Counted from the first letter of the stretch, positions 10,269-20,986 are shown. The stretch: 64,000 bases of DNA from Candidatus Cloacimonadales bacterium (GCA_963674825.1 OY771587.1:1664001-1728000), one strand, 5' to 3'. The notes: generated by a model from the letters alone, not told the origin. Numbers and translations are program-made.

Positions 10269-10793
10269 ATGATGATCATACTTAGTATTGTAAGCATCGC
10301 ATTGTTGCTTACTGGTTGTGCTACAACCGCAGATTTGCCAGATCGCCCTACTGTACAAGAAGTGGAAATCGATCGCTATATTGGTAAATGGTATGAAATC
10401 GCACGTATAGACAACCGCTTTGAGCGGGATCTTGTTGGAGTGACAGCCGAATACACATTGCGTTCCGATGGTCGAATCAATGTTCTGAATTCCGGTTATA
10501 AAAACACGCTGGAAGGCAAAAGGAAAACAGCCAGCGGTGTTGCTAGAATTCCTGATCCTTCACAACCAGGGCGACTGCAGGTAACATTCTTCTTGTGGTT
10601 TTGGAGTGATTACCTCATTTTAGATCTGGACACGAAGGATTATCAATATGCGTTGGTAGGTAGTTACAGCAACGATTACTTATGGTTATTGTCTCGAACT
10701 CCATCAATGGATGAATCAATCTATCAAATGCTTCTGAATAGAGCCAGTGCTTTGGGATATGATACATCTAAGTTGATACTTGTAGCGCAGTAA
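10269..10793 (+). CDS. blc: Bacterial lipocalin (Blc) lipoprotein
   Basis: Lipobox LLLTGC; RYIGKWYEIAR; DYQYALVG; YLWLLSRTP; GGAGGA RBS before ATG 10269. Confidence 0.92.
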   Translation: MMIILSIVSIALLLTGCATTADLPDRPTVQEVEIDRYIGKWYEIARIDNRFERDLVGVTAEYTLRSDGRINVLNSGYKNTLEGKRKTASGVARIPDPSQPGRLQVTFFLWFWSDYLILDLDTKDYQYALVGSYSNDYLWLLSRTPSMDESIYQMLLNRASALGYDTSKLILVAQ

Positions 10794-11148
10794 GCTAAAT
10801 GAATCTTGTTGTTTCGTCTCTGCGGATCCATGCTTTGTTGGTAATGCAAAGCAAGCAGCGTCAAATCATTAATGATCAGAAGATAGAAACGCTTTTTACA
10901 GAGTTGAAAGTTCACATAAGTCCGCAAGCAGAAGCGACAGTAAACATCCTTGTTTAGCGTCCTCTCTATCATATAATAACAATCCCTCTTCCAAGTTGAT
11001 AATGACGGTCGTTTCCCATGATTCTATTCTGATTATACGGCAAATACTTACACATCCCAAATTAGTCTGAGTTCTACATGGATTCTTGATCATATCGGAA
11101 CGAAATATGCATATTTTGGTAGGTAACTACTTCATAAGGGGTTCTGCG

Positions 11149-14100
11149 ATGAAAAAGTCCATGTTGTCAGTGTTTCTGTTATTTATATTTCTTACATTCC
11201 TTGAAGCAGCTCCTGTTCTACAGAGCGACGCAGATATCGTTGCGGAGAACTGGAGCAAGCACTGGAGCGAATTGCGCAACAGTGAAATAAACGTTCGATC
11301 TTCAGAAACTATTGGGACACAACTATATCTGTATCACTTGGATCCAGCCGGATTCCTTTTGATTTCAGCTGATGATAACCTTGAGCCGATTCTGGCTTAC
11401 GATTTTACAACCACTGCCTCTGAGACAAAGCCAGACAACTTTTTAAGCTGGCTGGATGTGTATCAGGAAGAGTGCGACTATGTTCGAAGCCATGAAATCG
11501 ATGACACGCGTTGTAATCAACTCTGGTCTGAACTGTTGACAGACGACCTCTCCCGCTACCAGAACACTCGCAATGTATCCCCGATGATTTGGTCGCAATG
11601 GGGCGAAGGCGACGATTGGAATGATGCCTGTCCCGATGATCCGGATGGCCCTGGCGGAAATGCTTATGCCGGTAGCCATGCTGTCGCCATGGCAATGTTA
11701 ATGAAATACTGGAATCATCCTGCGCAGGGTGAAGGACAAAATAGCTATTATCTTCCTGAATACGGTGCTGTCGAAGCAGTATTTGATACGACCCACTACG
11801 GCTGGACGCATATGCCGAACTCATTTAGCACCAACTGGACAGAAAACTTGATCTTCCACTGCGGTGTTGCGACATTTATGGACTACAGTCCAACATCTTC
11901 AACCACATCGATTAACGCGGTAGCTCAGGCGATGGTCGATCACTTCCGTTACAGCTCAGAAATGGATCTCCTGGCCAGGTCGGACTACGACGAAACAGTT
12001 TGGGAAGGAATGGTGCGAACCGAGCTGGAAAATGGAAGACCGCTGCTCTACCAGGGCGAAGGCACAGCCTTGCACGCCCACTTGCTGGATGGCTATCAGA
12101 ATACCGATTTCTTCCATTTCAACTGGGGTAACGAAGGGCAGTACAACGGCTACTTCCAGTTGAGCGCTATTACGCCATCTACGGCCAACTATACCTCGAA
12201 TCAGAAAGCCTTGTTCAATGTGCAGCCCAGTCTTGGGCCAGATACAATCGACGAGAGCTTCGAAAATGACTGGAATACATTTAACTGGGAATTCGCCGGG
12301 CAATCGGAATGGCAAATCGCAACAGACGAACACTTTTATGGCATCAAATCAGCTAAATCCGGTGATATCAACCACAACCAGACATCAGAGATTTTCCAAT
12401 CCTGGAATGTATTGGAAGATGGTCCCATCACGTTCTGGTGCAGGGTCTCCAGTGAAGACAACGGTAATAACGATTATGATCGACTGGAATTTTGGATCGA
12501 CGGAGTCGAAGCAGATCGATGGGGCGGCGAGCGTGACTGGGAGCAAATGTCGTACGACATCACTGCCGGCGTACATGAGTTCCGCTGGATATACCGAAAA
12601 GACGGTAGCCTTGTCTCTGGGCAGGACTGCGCGTGGATTGATGCGATCGACTTCCCGGATGGCGCTACGCCGTTGAACGCACCTCAGAACTTCACAGCAA
12701 GCATCGTGAATGATGACTCCGTTCTCATGACGTGGGAAGCACCGCTTATCCGCAACCTTCTCGGCTATCGCATCTTCAGGAATAATGTCGAGATAACGAC
12801 AATCCTGAATCCGAATACCCTTCAATTCATCGACCTCAACCTGCCCAACGGATCGTATTCGTACTACGCCAGAGCAGTTTATGATTCCGGCGTGTCTGAT
12901 CCTACGATCACCCATGTCATCAACATCGAGGTACTCTATCCACCCACAGCTCTCGTGGCATCGGTGTCGAATTTCGACGATGTGCTGCTTGCCTGGAACA
13001 TGCCAGCAACGCAGCAGGCACGGCGAACGCCTATTAATACCCGTAGCCTGATGGGCTATCGCATTTACCGCGACAACACCCTGATTGATTCTGTAAACAG
13101 CCAGACAACTTTACAGTACGCCGATAATGATCTGCCTGAAGGAACACACGAATATCAGGTATCGGCAATCTATTCATCCGGTTATTCAGAGCTGTCCAAC
13201 GTCGCCGTAGCAGCCATCGGCGTTCCCTGGCCACCCTCAGAGCTGACGGCGCAGGTACAGAATTTCAACGAAGTTTTCCTGGATTGGACAGCGCCTCCGC
13301 AGACATCGGAAACGCTTACAGGTTACAAGATTTATCGTGGTCTGGACCTTGTGCATGAAATGACGGACATCACCAGCACCAGCTACACCGAACTCGATCT
13401 GCCTAATGGTACTCATGTGTATCATGTTACTGCAATCTATGGAGAAGTTGAGTCTGGTCCATCGAACACAGCAGTGGCCACGATTGAAGTACCCTATCCT
13501 CCCCAAAACCTTATTGCAGATGTCGCAGAAGACGACGTGACGCTGGATTGGGATGCCCCAGCCACTGGATCGCGCAATCTCACTGCCTATTACGTCTATC
13601 GAAATAACAGCCCGATCGCCACGATCTGGAATACGAATGTGACATCATATTTCGACCCGATGCTGGCGAATGGATTCTACGCATATAAGGTCATAGCCGT
13701 TTACGGTGATGTATATTCGGAACCTTCGAACATCGTGAATATTGAAATGGATATACCATATCCGCCATCCAACCTATCAGCACAGATTGAGAACTTGAAC
13801 GATATCGTCCTGAACTGGGATCAACCGCCTGTTCAGGGGGGATTGCGCTCGTTTCTCGGATATCACGTCGTGCGTAACGGTGAAAATCATGCACTGGTTA
13901 CGGATTTCAACCAGTTGACCTGGACCGACGAGAATGTTGACAACGGTGTCTACGAATACTTCGTTTACGCTGAATATAACGCCGGGAATTCGGAATCCAC
14001 CAACGATGTCGAAGTTACGGTGGAAGTGCTGTACCCGCCGCAGAATCCCTCTTATACAATCGATGATGACGACGTCGTTCTCACCTGGGACTTGCCGGCT

Positions 14101-17100
14101 ACCGGCGGTGGCCTCACTCGTGACCTGCTGGGCTACACCATCTACCGTGATGATATCTTGATCCAGACAATCAACGATCCTGCCGTTCTTACCTGGACGG
14201 ATTTGAATCTTGCCAACGCTACCTACACGTATTACCTGCAAGCAACGTACACCTCCGGTGTCTCAGCTCCAACCGATAACCTTGATGTTATGGTTGAAGT
14301 GTTCTATCCAGCTTCAAACCTTGTTGGAGAGATTATCAATGAGGACGATGTTGCGCTGACATGGTCTCCTGCATTGAACTCCGGCGGTCTTCGCATGTTG
14401 CAGGGCTATCGCGTGTTCCGGAATGATATCGCGATAACCGATGTCACCCCCGCAGACACGACATGGCTTGATTCTACGCTTCCCAATGGCGATTACATCT
14501 ACTACGTGAAAGCACTTTACGAAAATGGGCTTTCAGCTGAAACTAATCACGTACCGATTCACATCGAAGTGATGTATCCAGCACGACAACTCACCGCCTC
14601 TGTAACAGGTGATGATGTCAACCTGGCCTGGCTTGAGCCACTCACATCGGGCGGTCTTTCAAGAGACCTGCTCGGATACAGGATCTACCGGGATTCAGAT
14701 GAGATCGCGGTTATCAACGATCCGGCTCAAGTAGCGTTCATGGATATGAACCTGGACAACGGATCTTACAGTTACACGGTAAGAGCGGAATATGCTGTTG
14801 GCTTGTCTGAACCTTCCAACACAGCGCTCGCATCTATCGAGGTGCTGTATCCGCCCACAAACCTCACTGCTATTGTTACAAACGATACAGTCAGCTTAAA
14901 CTGGAATATACCGGACAATGGTCCCACGCGTAACTTGCTGGGCTACACGATCATCCGGAACGGAAGCGTATTGCTGCAAATAGCAGATCCCGCGACCGTT
15001 GGTTACGAGGATACTGGTCTGGCGAACGGCGAATACTCCTACGAGGTTGTTGCCGATTACTCAACAGGGCAATCTGCGTCTGAGGGGCCTGTAACAGCAA
15101 CTGTTGAGGTTCTGTACGCTCCCAGAAACCTTGGCTGTTCACTCGAAAATTACTACAATGCCGTGCTTACTTGGGATCCTCCGCTCAATCAGGGGGGGCT
15201 GACTAGAGTGATGAATGGCTACCAAGTGTTCAGGGATAGTGTCCTCATCGCCGATGTAACGGATGTGAACTATACCGATAACGCCCTGCCTGACGGCTCG
15301 TATGATTATACGGTGAAAGCCGTTTACACATCAGGCGTGTCGCAGGCCTCCAATACCGTCAATGCTATCATCGAATACCCCTACGCTCCAAGCGGATTGA
15401 GTGCGGCGGTCAGTCAGGACACTGTTTCCCTGGTCTGGACAGCGCCCAGCAGCAATACAGTCTTGGGGTACACCATTTACCGTGATGGAGTTTCAATTGC
15501 CGATATCAACGACTCGGCTATCCTGAATTTCAATGACACAGGCCTTGCTAATGGTAGTTATTCCTACTACGTGATTGCCCGGTACAACGTTGATGATTCA
15601 GTTCCCTCAAACACAGTCACCGCTACGGTCGAGGTGCTTTATCCGCCGCAGAATCTTGAAGCATCCGTCATGCAGGACGAAGTGACACTTTCGTGGGAGC
15701 TTCCTGCCGTGCAGGGTGGACTGACCCGTGATCTGCTGGGCTACAAGGTCTATCGCGATGGTAATCTGATAGAGGAAATAACCGGATCCCTGACATACAC
15801 GGATATTGATCTCGCAAACGGCGCTTATGACTACGAAGTGAGTGCTGTTTATACAACCGGTGAATCGCAGATGTCTAACCTCGTTACCGCTACGGTTGAG
15901 GTGCTTTATCCACCGCAGAATCTTACATATGCGGTCACTCAGGATGAAGTAACACTCACATGGCAGCTTCCGGCCGTGCAGGGCGGCTTGACCCGCGATC
16001 TGCTGGGCTACAAGGTCTATCGTGACGGTGTTCTGATTGAAGAGGTAAGCGGATCCCTGACATACACGGATATCGACCTCGCAAACGGCGCATACGACTA
16101 CGAAGTGAGTGCTGTTTATACAACCGGCGAATCGCAGATGTCCAATCTCGTCACCGCTACGGTCGAGGTGCTTTATCCACCGCAGAATCTTGAAGCATCC
16201 GTCATGCAGGACGAAGTAACACTCACATGGCAGCTTCCGGCCGTGCAGGGCGGCTTGACCCGTGATCTGCTGGGTTACAAGGTCTATCGTGACGGTGTTT
16301 TGATTGAGGAGATAACCGGAGTCCTGACGTACACAGACGTTAATCTAGCCAACGGCGCATACGACTACGAAGTGAGTGCTGTTTATACAACCGGTGAATC
16401 GCAGATGTCTAACCTCGTTACCGCTACGGTTGAGGTGCTTTATCCGCCGCAGAATCTTGTTGCAGAAGTTGCTCAAGATGAAGTGACACTCTCATGGCAG
16501 CTTCCTGCTGTGCAGGGTGGACTGACCCGCGATCTGCTGGGTTACAAGGTCTATCGCGATGGTGTGGAAATCACCGAAACCAACGATCTCAACTATCTCG
16601 ATATCGACCTCGCCAACGGCGTATACGACTACGAAGTGAGTGCTGTTTATACAACCGGTGAATCGCAGATGTCCAATCTTGTTACAGCAACCGTTGAAGT
16701 GCTTTATCCGCCGCAGAATCTTGAAGCATCCGTCATGCAAGATGAAGTAACACTCACATGGCAACTTCCTGCTGTGCAGGGTGGATTGACCCGCGATCTG
16801 CTGGGTTACAAGGTCTATCGTGACGGTGTAGAAATCAACGAAACCAACGATCTCAACTATCTAGATATCGATCTCGCCAATGGCGCATATGACTACGAAG
16901 TGAGTGCTGTTTATACAACCGGTGAATCGCAGATGTCCAATCTTGTTACAGCAACCGTTGAAGTGCTTTATCCACCGCAGAATCTTGAAGCATCCGTCAT
17001 GCAAGATGAAGTGACACTAACATGGCAGCTTCCTGCTGTGCAGGGCGGACTGACCCGCGATCTGCTGGGCTACAAGGTCTATCGTGACGGTGTTTTGATT

Positions 17101-20100
17101 GAAGAAATAACCGGATCCCTGACATACACAGATATCGACCTCGCAAACGGCGCTTACGACTACGAAGTGAGTGCTGTTTATACAACCGGTGAATCGCAGA
17201 TGTCCAACCTCGTCACTGCTACGGTCGAGGTGCTTTATCCGCCGCAGAATCTTGTTGCAGAAGTCACACAGGATGAAGTGACACTCTCATGGCAGCTTCC
17301 TGCTGTGCAGGGTGGACTGACCCGTGATCTGCTGGGCTACAAGGTCTATCGTGACGGTGTAGAAATCAACGAAACCAACGATCTCAACTATCTAGATATC
17401 GATCTTGCCAACGGCGCATATGACTACGAAGTGAGTGCGCTCTATACAAACGGTGAATCGCAGATGTCTAACCTCGTTACCGCTACGGTTGAAGTGCTTT
17501 ATCCACCTCAGAATCTTGTTGCAGAAGTCGCTCAAGATGAAGTGACACTTACGTGGCAGCTTCCTGCCGTACAGGGCGGACTGACCCGTGATCTGCTGGG
17601 TTACAAGGTCTATCGTAACGGGATTCTGGTTGAAGAATTAATTGGAGTCCTGACGTACATAGACGTTAATCTAGCCAATGGCGCATACGACTACGAAGTG
17701 AGTGCTGTTTATACAACCGGTGAATCGCAGATGTCCAACCTCGTTACCGCTACGGTTGAGGTGCTTTACCCGCCGCGCAACCTTTCGGCAGTGGTTTCCA
17801 ATGAGGTTAACGCCATCCTGAGTTGGGACGCTCCGCTTACCAGCGGCCGTTCACTCAACGGGTATCTCGTATTCCGCAATGGATCGCTGGTTGCGACAAT
17901 CGGTTCTCCGGCACAGCTGACATGGACAGATTACAGCCTGCAGAATGGCGGATACGATTATTCGATTCAGGCATTCTACACCACTGGGATTTCTCCTGCT
18001 AGCAACATCGCGCATGTGGACATCGACTACAACCCGGTGCTGGATGCGCCATCCAATTTGAACGCGACCGTAGTCAACGGCAACGATGTCGAACTGAGCT
18101 GGACCGGACCAGAATCAACACAGATCGGCTATAAGATCTATCGTGACGGCGCAGAAATAGCGGAATTGACCGATCCAACAACCGTCAGCTTCACCGATAT
18201 CGGACTTCCGAACGGCGTGTATGTATACGCTGTCACAGCGATTTATTCCGAAGGTGAGTCATCGCCATCCAACACGGCAGTCGCGGATATTCTGATAACC
18301 TCACCGCCGCAGGAACTTGTAGCGCAGATCCAGAACGATAACGAAGCTGCCCTTAGCTGGAACCCGCCGGTTAATTCAGGATACACCGGCTATGTGGTTT
18401 ATCGCAACAATGTTGTTATCGCGGTGTTGGAAGCAAATACGGAAAATTACACCGACACCGGGCTTGCCAACGGTGACTACGATTACTACGTGAAAGCGCA
18501 GTTCAATACCAACCTCTCCATCGCCTCCAACACGGCTTCCGTCAATGTGGAGATTCTGTATCCACCTACGGATCTGACGGCAGATGTAGTAAATAGCAAC
18601 GATGTAACGCTTACCTGGGCGGCTCCGGTGACAGGCCGTAGTCTCCTTGGTTACAATATCTATCGTGACGGTGTTCTGATTGACGAAGTGACCGGAGCTC
18701 TGACATACACGGACATCAACCTCGCTAACGGCGCATACGACTACGAAGTGAGTGCGCTTTATACATCCGGCGAATCGCAGATGTCCAACCTCGTTACCGC
18801 TTCAATCGAAGTGCTGTATCCGCCGCAGAATCTTGAAGCATCGGTGATGCAGGACGAAGTGACGCTCACCTGGCAGCTTCCTGCCGTACAGGGTGGACTG
18901 ACCCGTGCTTTCCTGGGCTACAACGTCTACCGCGACGGTGCAGAAATAGCCAATATCAACGATCCGGCAACGCTCACCTATCTCGACATCGATCTTGCCA
19001 ATGGCGCATACGACTACGAAGTGAGTGTGCTTTACACGACTGGCGAATCGCAGATGTCCAACCTCGTTACCGCTACGGTCGAGGTGCTTTATCCACCGCA
19101 GAATCTTACATATGCGGTTATGCAAGACGAAGTAACACTTTCGTGGGAGCTTCCAGCCGTACAGGGCGGGTTGACCCGTGCTTTCCTGGGCTACAAAGTC
19201 TACCGCGACGGTGCAGAAATAGCCAATATCAACGACCCGGCAACGCTCACCTATCTCGACATCGATCTTGCCAATGGCGCATACGACTACGAAGTGAGTG
19301 CGCTCTACACAACCGGCGAATCGCAGATGTCTAATCTTGTTACAGCAACCGTTGAAGTGCTTTATCCGCCGACCGGGCTCACGGCCACTGTGACAATTGA
19401 TGATGTGCTCCTCAACTGGAACATCCCACAGACGCAGCGCAGAAACCGCAGCCTGACCGGCTACCAGCTATACCGAAATGGATCGATGATTGCAACGATA
19501 GACAATCCGGCAATTACGACATATACCGAGACAGACTTGGTGAACGGAAGCTACACATACGAAGTTATGGCGACCTATTCCTCAGGCAATTCTCCGCTGT
19601 CTGAGCCTGCTGTTGCCGTTATCGCCGTCGTGACGCCTCCCGAGAATCCGGCGTTCACGATCTTGAACGGAAATGATGTAGATATAACATGGGAATTGCC
19701 AATCAACCAGACCACGCCAAACTCCTATACGATTTACCGTGATGGCGCGGACGTCCATACCACGGAAAACGGAACCGTACTTACATGGACTGACACAGAC
19801 CTCGAGAATGGCGACTACAACTACTGGCTTACAGCTACGTATGATGCCGGCGAATCGATCGCAACCGAGACAATGCTGGTGCAGATCGCAGTGATGAATC
19901 CTCCCACTGGGCTTTCGGCCGATGTGACGCTGGATATGGTGGAGCTTACGTGGATTGAACCCGCAAACGCTAGCGGATTACTGGGATTCATTGTCTATCG
20001 CGATAGCGTTGAGATTGCCCAGATCAATGCTCCCGATGTCTTCGTTTACGATGACTTCGATCTGGCAGCGGGTGACTACCAGTACTTCGTCACGGCGAAT

Positions 20101-20964
20101 TATACCGTCGGCGAATCGGAACCTTCGAACACGATTGACGCAACGATTCTGCTTCCACCGCCGGGTAACGTCCTGGCTACGCCAGACAGCAGTGATGTTG
20201 TGGTGAGTTGGGATACGCCAGCGATGCGAAGCCTCGTTGGATTCCGCATTTATCGTGACGGAGCTGAGATCGTAACACTCGACAATCCAGCTCTGGTTGA
20301 ATACACTGATGCGAACCTGCCCAACGGCGACTATTCCTACACGGTTCAGTCCTTGTTCACATCTGATGTATCAGATCAAAGCACACCTGCAGAGTGTACG
20401 GTGGAAGTGCTCTGGGCTCCTGAAAATCTCGAGGCGGAACTCGGCGACAATGTATCGGTCAGCCTTACGTGGGATGCACATCCCATGGGTGTTACCATGA
20501 CAGCGTACAAGGTGTACCGTAATGATGTAGAGATAGCCCAGATTGACGACCCGGAAGTAACACACTATGATGATCTCGAGTTGGCTCCCGGGTACTATAC
20601 GTACACCGTAACGGCTCTTTACAACAGCGGAGAATCCGATCCTTCCAATGAAGTCGATATCGAAATCTACGCCACTGGTGACGAGCCTATTCCTCCAATG
20701 ACGACACAGCTCATTGGAAATGCGCCGAACCCGTTCAATCCGAGCACGACCATCATGTTCAGTGTCGCCAGTGATAGCGCTGTGAACTTGAGTGTGTTCA
20801 ACGTACGTGGGCAGAAGGTTGCCACTCTGGTGAACAACGAGGTTCTGTCTGCCGGTGAGCATCGTGTTGTTTGGAACGCCGGCAATGCTGGCAGCGGCGT
20901 GTATTTCGTACGCATGAGTACTCAGAAGAGCCAGTTCATCCACAAGATGTTGCTGGTTAAGTAG
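11149..20964 (+). CDS. Giant secreted protein: C10 (streptopain-like) prodomain + peptidase-like domain, adhesin/MAM-like domain, ~30 FN3-like repeats, C-terminal FlgD-Ig/Por-secretion-type tail
   Basis: Signal peptide MKKSMLSVF..; GFLLISADD..PILAY (C10 prodomain); GSHAVAMA.LMKYW, HAHLLDGY and FHFNWG (C10 core); repeated P-x2-L..W..P..GY.VYR.G..Y.D..L.NG.Y.Y.V.A.Y..GES; NAPNPFNPSTTI..FNVRGQKV..SGVYFVRM tail. Start chosen at ATG 11149 after AAGGGG. Confidence 0.9.
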   Translation: MKKSMLSVFLLFIFLTFLEAAPVLQSDADIVAENWSKHWSELRNSEINVRSSETIGTQLYLYHLDPAGFLLISADDNLEPILAYDFTTTASETKPDNFLSWLDVYQEECDYVRSHEIDDTRCNQLWSELLTDDLSRYQNTRNVSPMIWSQWGEGDDWNDACPDDPDGPGGNAYAGSHAVAMAMLMKYWNHPAQGEGQNSYYLPEYGAVEAVFDTTHYGWTHMPNSFSTNWTENLIFHCGVATFMDYSPTSSTTSINAVAQAMVDHFRYSSEMDLLARSDYDETVWEGMVRTELENGRPLLYQGEGTALHAHLLDGYQNTDFFHFNWGNEGQYNGYFQLSAITPSTANYTSNQKALFNVQPSLGPDTIDESFENDWNTFNWEFAGQSEWQIATDEHFYGIKSAKSGDINHNQTSEIFQSWNVLEDGPITFWCRVSSEDNGNNDYDRLEFWIDGVEADRWGGERDWEQMSYDITAGVHEFRWIYRKDGSLVSGQDCAWIDAIDFPDGATPLNAPQNFTASIVNDDSVLMTWEAPLIRNLLGYRIFRNNVEITTILNPNTLQFIDLNLPNGSYSYYARAVYDSGVSDPTITHVINIEVLYPPTALVASVSNFDDVLLAWNMPATQQARRTPINTRSLMGYRIYRDNTLIDSVNSQTTLQYADNDLPEGTHEYQVSAIYSSGYSELSNVAVAAIGVPWPPSELTAQVQNFNEVFLDWTAPPQTSETLTGYKIYRGLDLVHEMTDITSTSYTELDLPNGTHVYHVTAIYGEVESGPSNTAVATIEVPYPPQNLIADVAEDDVTLDWDAPATGSRNLTAYYVYRNNSPIATIWNTNVTSYFDPMLANGFYAYKVIAVYGDVYSEPSNIVNIEMDIPYPPSNLSAQIENLNDIVLNWDQPPVQGGLRSFLGYHVVRNGENHALVTDFNQLTWTDENVDNGVYEYFVYAEYNAGNSESTNDVEVTVEVLYPPQNPSYTIDDDDVVLTWDLPATGGGLTRDLLGYTIYRDDILIQTINDPAVLTWTDLNLANATYTYYLQATYTSGVSAPTDNLDVMVEVFYPASNLVGEIINEDDVALTWSPALNSGGLRMLQGYRVFRNDIAITDVTPADTTWLDSTLPNGDYIYYVKALYENGLSAETNHVPIHIEVMYPARQLTASVTGDDVNLAWLEPLTSGGLSRDLLGYRIYRDSDEIAVINDPAQVAFMDMNLDNGSYSYTVRAEYAVGLSEPSNTALASIEVLYPPTNLTAIVTNDTVSLNWNIPDNGPTRNLLGYTIIRNGSVLLQIADPATVGYEDTGLANGEYSYEVVADYSTGQSASEGPVTATVEVLYAPRNLGCSLENYYNAVLTWDPPLNQGGLTRVMNGYQVFRDSVLIADVTDVNYTDNALPDGSYDYTVKAVYTSGVSQASNTVNAIIEYPYAPSGLSAAVSQDTVSLVWTAPSSNTVLGYTIYRDGVSIADINDSAILNFNDTGLANGSYSYYVIARYNVDDSVPSNTVTATVEVLYPPQNLEASVMQDEVTLSWELPAVQGGLTRDLLGYKVYRDGNLIEEITGSLTYTDIDLANGAYDYEVSAVYTTGESQMSNLVTATVEVLYPPQNLTYAVTQDEVTLTWQLPAVQGGLTRDLLGYKVYRDGVLIEEVSGSLTYTDIDLANGAYDYEVSAVYTTGESQMSNLVTATVEVLYPPQNLEASVMQDEVTLTWQLPAVQGGLTRDLLGYKVYRDGVLIEEITGVLTYTDVNLANGAYDYEVSAVYTTGESQMSNLVTATVEVLYPPQNLVAEVAQDEVTLSWQLPAVQGGLTRDLLGYKVYRDGVEITETNDLNYLDIDLANGVYDYEVSAVYTTGESQMSNLVTATVEVLYPPQNLEASVMQDEVTLTWQLPAVQGGLTRDLLGYKVYRDGVEINETNDLNYLDIDLANGAYDYEVSAVYTTGESQMSNLVTATVEVLYPPQNLEASVMQDEVTLTWQLPAVQGGLTRDLLGYKVYRDGVLIEEITGSLTYTDIDLANGAYDYEVSAVYTTGESQMSNLVTATVEVLYPPQNLVAEVTQDEVTLSWQLPAVQGGLTRDLLGYKVYRDGVEINETNDLNYLDIDLANGAYDYEVSALYTNGESQMSNLVTATVEVLYPPQNLVAEVAQDEVTLTWQLPAVQGGLTRDLLGYKVYRNGILVEELIGVLTYIDVNLANGAYDYEVSAVYTTGESQMSNLVTATVEVLYPPRNLSAVVSNEVNAILSWDAPLTSGRSLNGYLVFRNGSLVATIGSPAQLTWTDYSLQNGGYDYSIQAFYTTGISPASNIAHVDIDYNPVLDAPSNLNATVVNGNDVELSWTGPESTQIGYKIYRDGAEIAELTDPTTVSFTDIGLPNGVYVYAVTAIYSEGESSPSNTAVADILITSPPQELVAQIQNDNEAALSWNPPVNSGYTGYVVYRNNVVIAVLEANTENYTDTGLANGDYDYYVKAQFNTNLSIASNTASVNVEILYPPTDLTADVVNSNDVTLTWAAPVTGRSLLGYNIYRDGVLIDEVTGALTYTDINLANGAYDYEVSALYTSGESQMSNLVTASIEVLYPPQNLEASVMQDEVTLTWQLPAVQGGLTRAFLGYNVYRDGAEIANINDPATLTYLDIDLANGAYDYEVSVLYTTGESQMSNLVTATVEVLYPPQNLTYAVMQDEVTLSWELPAVQGGLTRAFLGYKVYRDGAEIANINDPATLTYLDIDLANGAYDYEVSALYTTGESQMSNLVTATVEVLYPPTGLTATVTIDDVLLNWNIPQTQRRNRSLTGYQLYRNGSMIATIDNPAITTYTETDLVNGSYTYEVMATYSSGNSPLSEPAVAVIAVVTPPENPAFTILNGNDVDITWELPINQTTPNSYTIYRDGADVHTTENGTVLTWTDTDLENGDYNYWLTATYDAGESIATETMLVQIAVMNPPTGLSADVTLDMVELTWIEPANASGLLGFIVYRDSVEIAQINAPDVFVYDDFDLAAGDYQYFVTANYTVGESEPSNTIDATILLPPPGNVLATPDSSDVVVSWDTPAMRSLVGFRIYRDGAEIVTLDNPALVEYTDANLPNGDYSYTVQSLFTSDVSDQSTPAECTVEVLWAPENLEAELGDNVSVSLTWDAHPMGVTMTAYKVYRNDVEIAQIDDPEVTHYDDLELAPGYYTYTVTALYNSGESDPSNEVDIEIYATGDEPIPPMTTQLIGNAPNPFNPSTTIMFSVASDSAVNLSVFNVRGQKVATLVNNEVLSAGEHRVVWNAGNAGSGVYFVRMSTQKSQFIHKMLLVK
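15634..17760 (+). repeat. Eight near-identical tandem units of 264/267 bp encoding FN3 modules
   Basis: GTGCTTTA unit starts at 15634, 15901, 16168, 16435, 16699, 16963, 17230, 17494 and 17761. Confidence 0.95.
18811..19356 (+). repeat. Two further related 273-bp FN3 units (second sub-array)
   Basis: Unit starts at 18811, 19084 and 19357; they share PAVQGGLTR and GESQMSNLVTAT with the main array. Confidence 0.9.
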
Positions 20965-20986
20965 CCTGTCGAACCTTTTCAATAAT

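Noticed and set aside
15634..19356. Regular repeats as a possible CRISPR array or DGR template/variable pair
   Set aside because: The units are 264-273 bp, in frame and coding, with no unique spacers. Differences are not adenine-specific, and no reverse transcriptase or cas gene is present.
20371..20982. 203-aa minus-strand ORF over the adhesin C-terminus
   Set aside because: It is an antisense shadow of the FN3 and secretion-tail coding region, with no independent signals.
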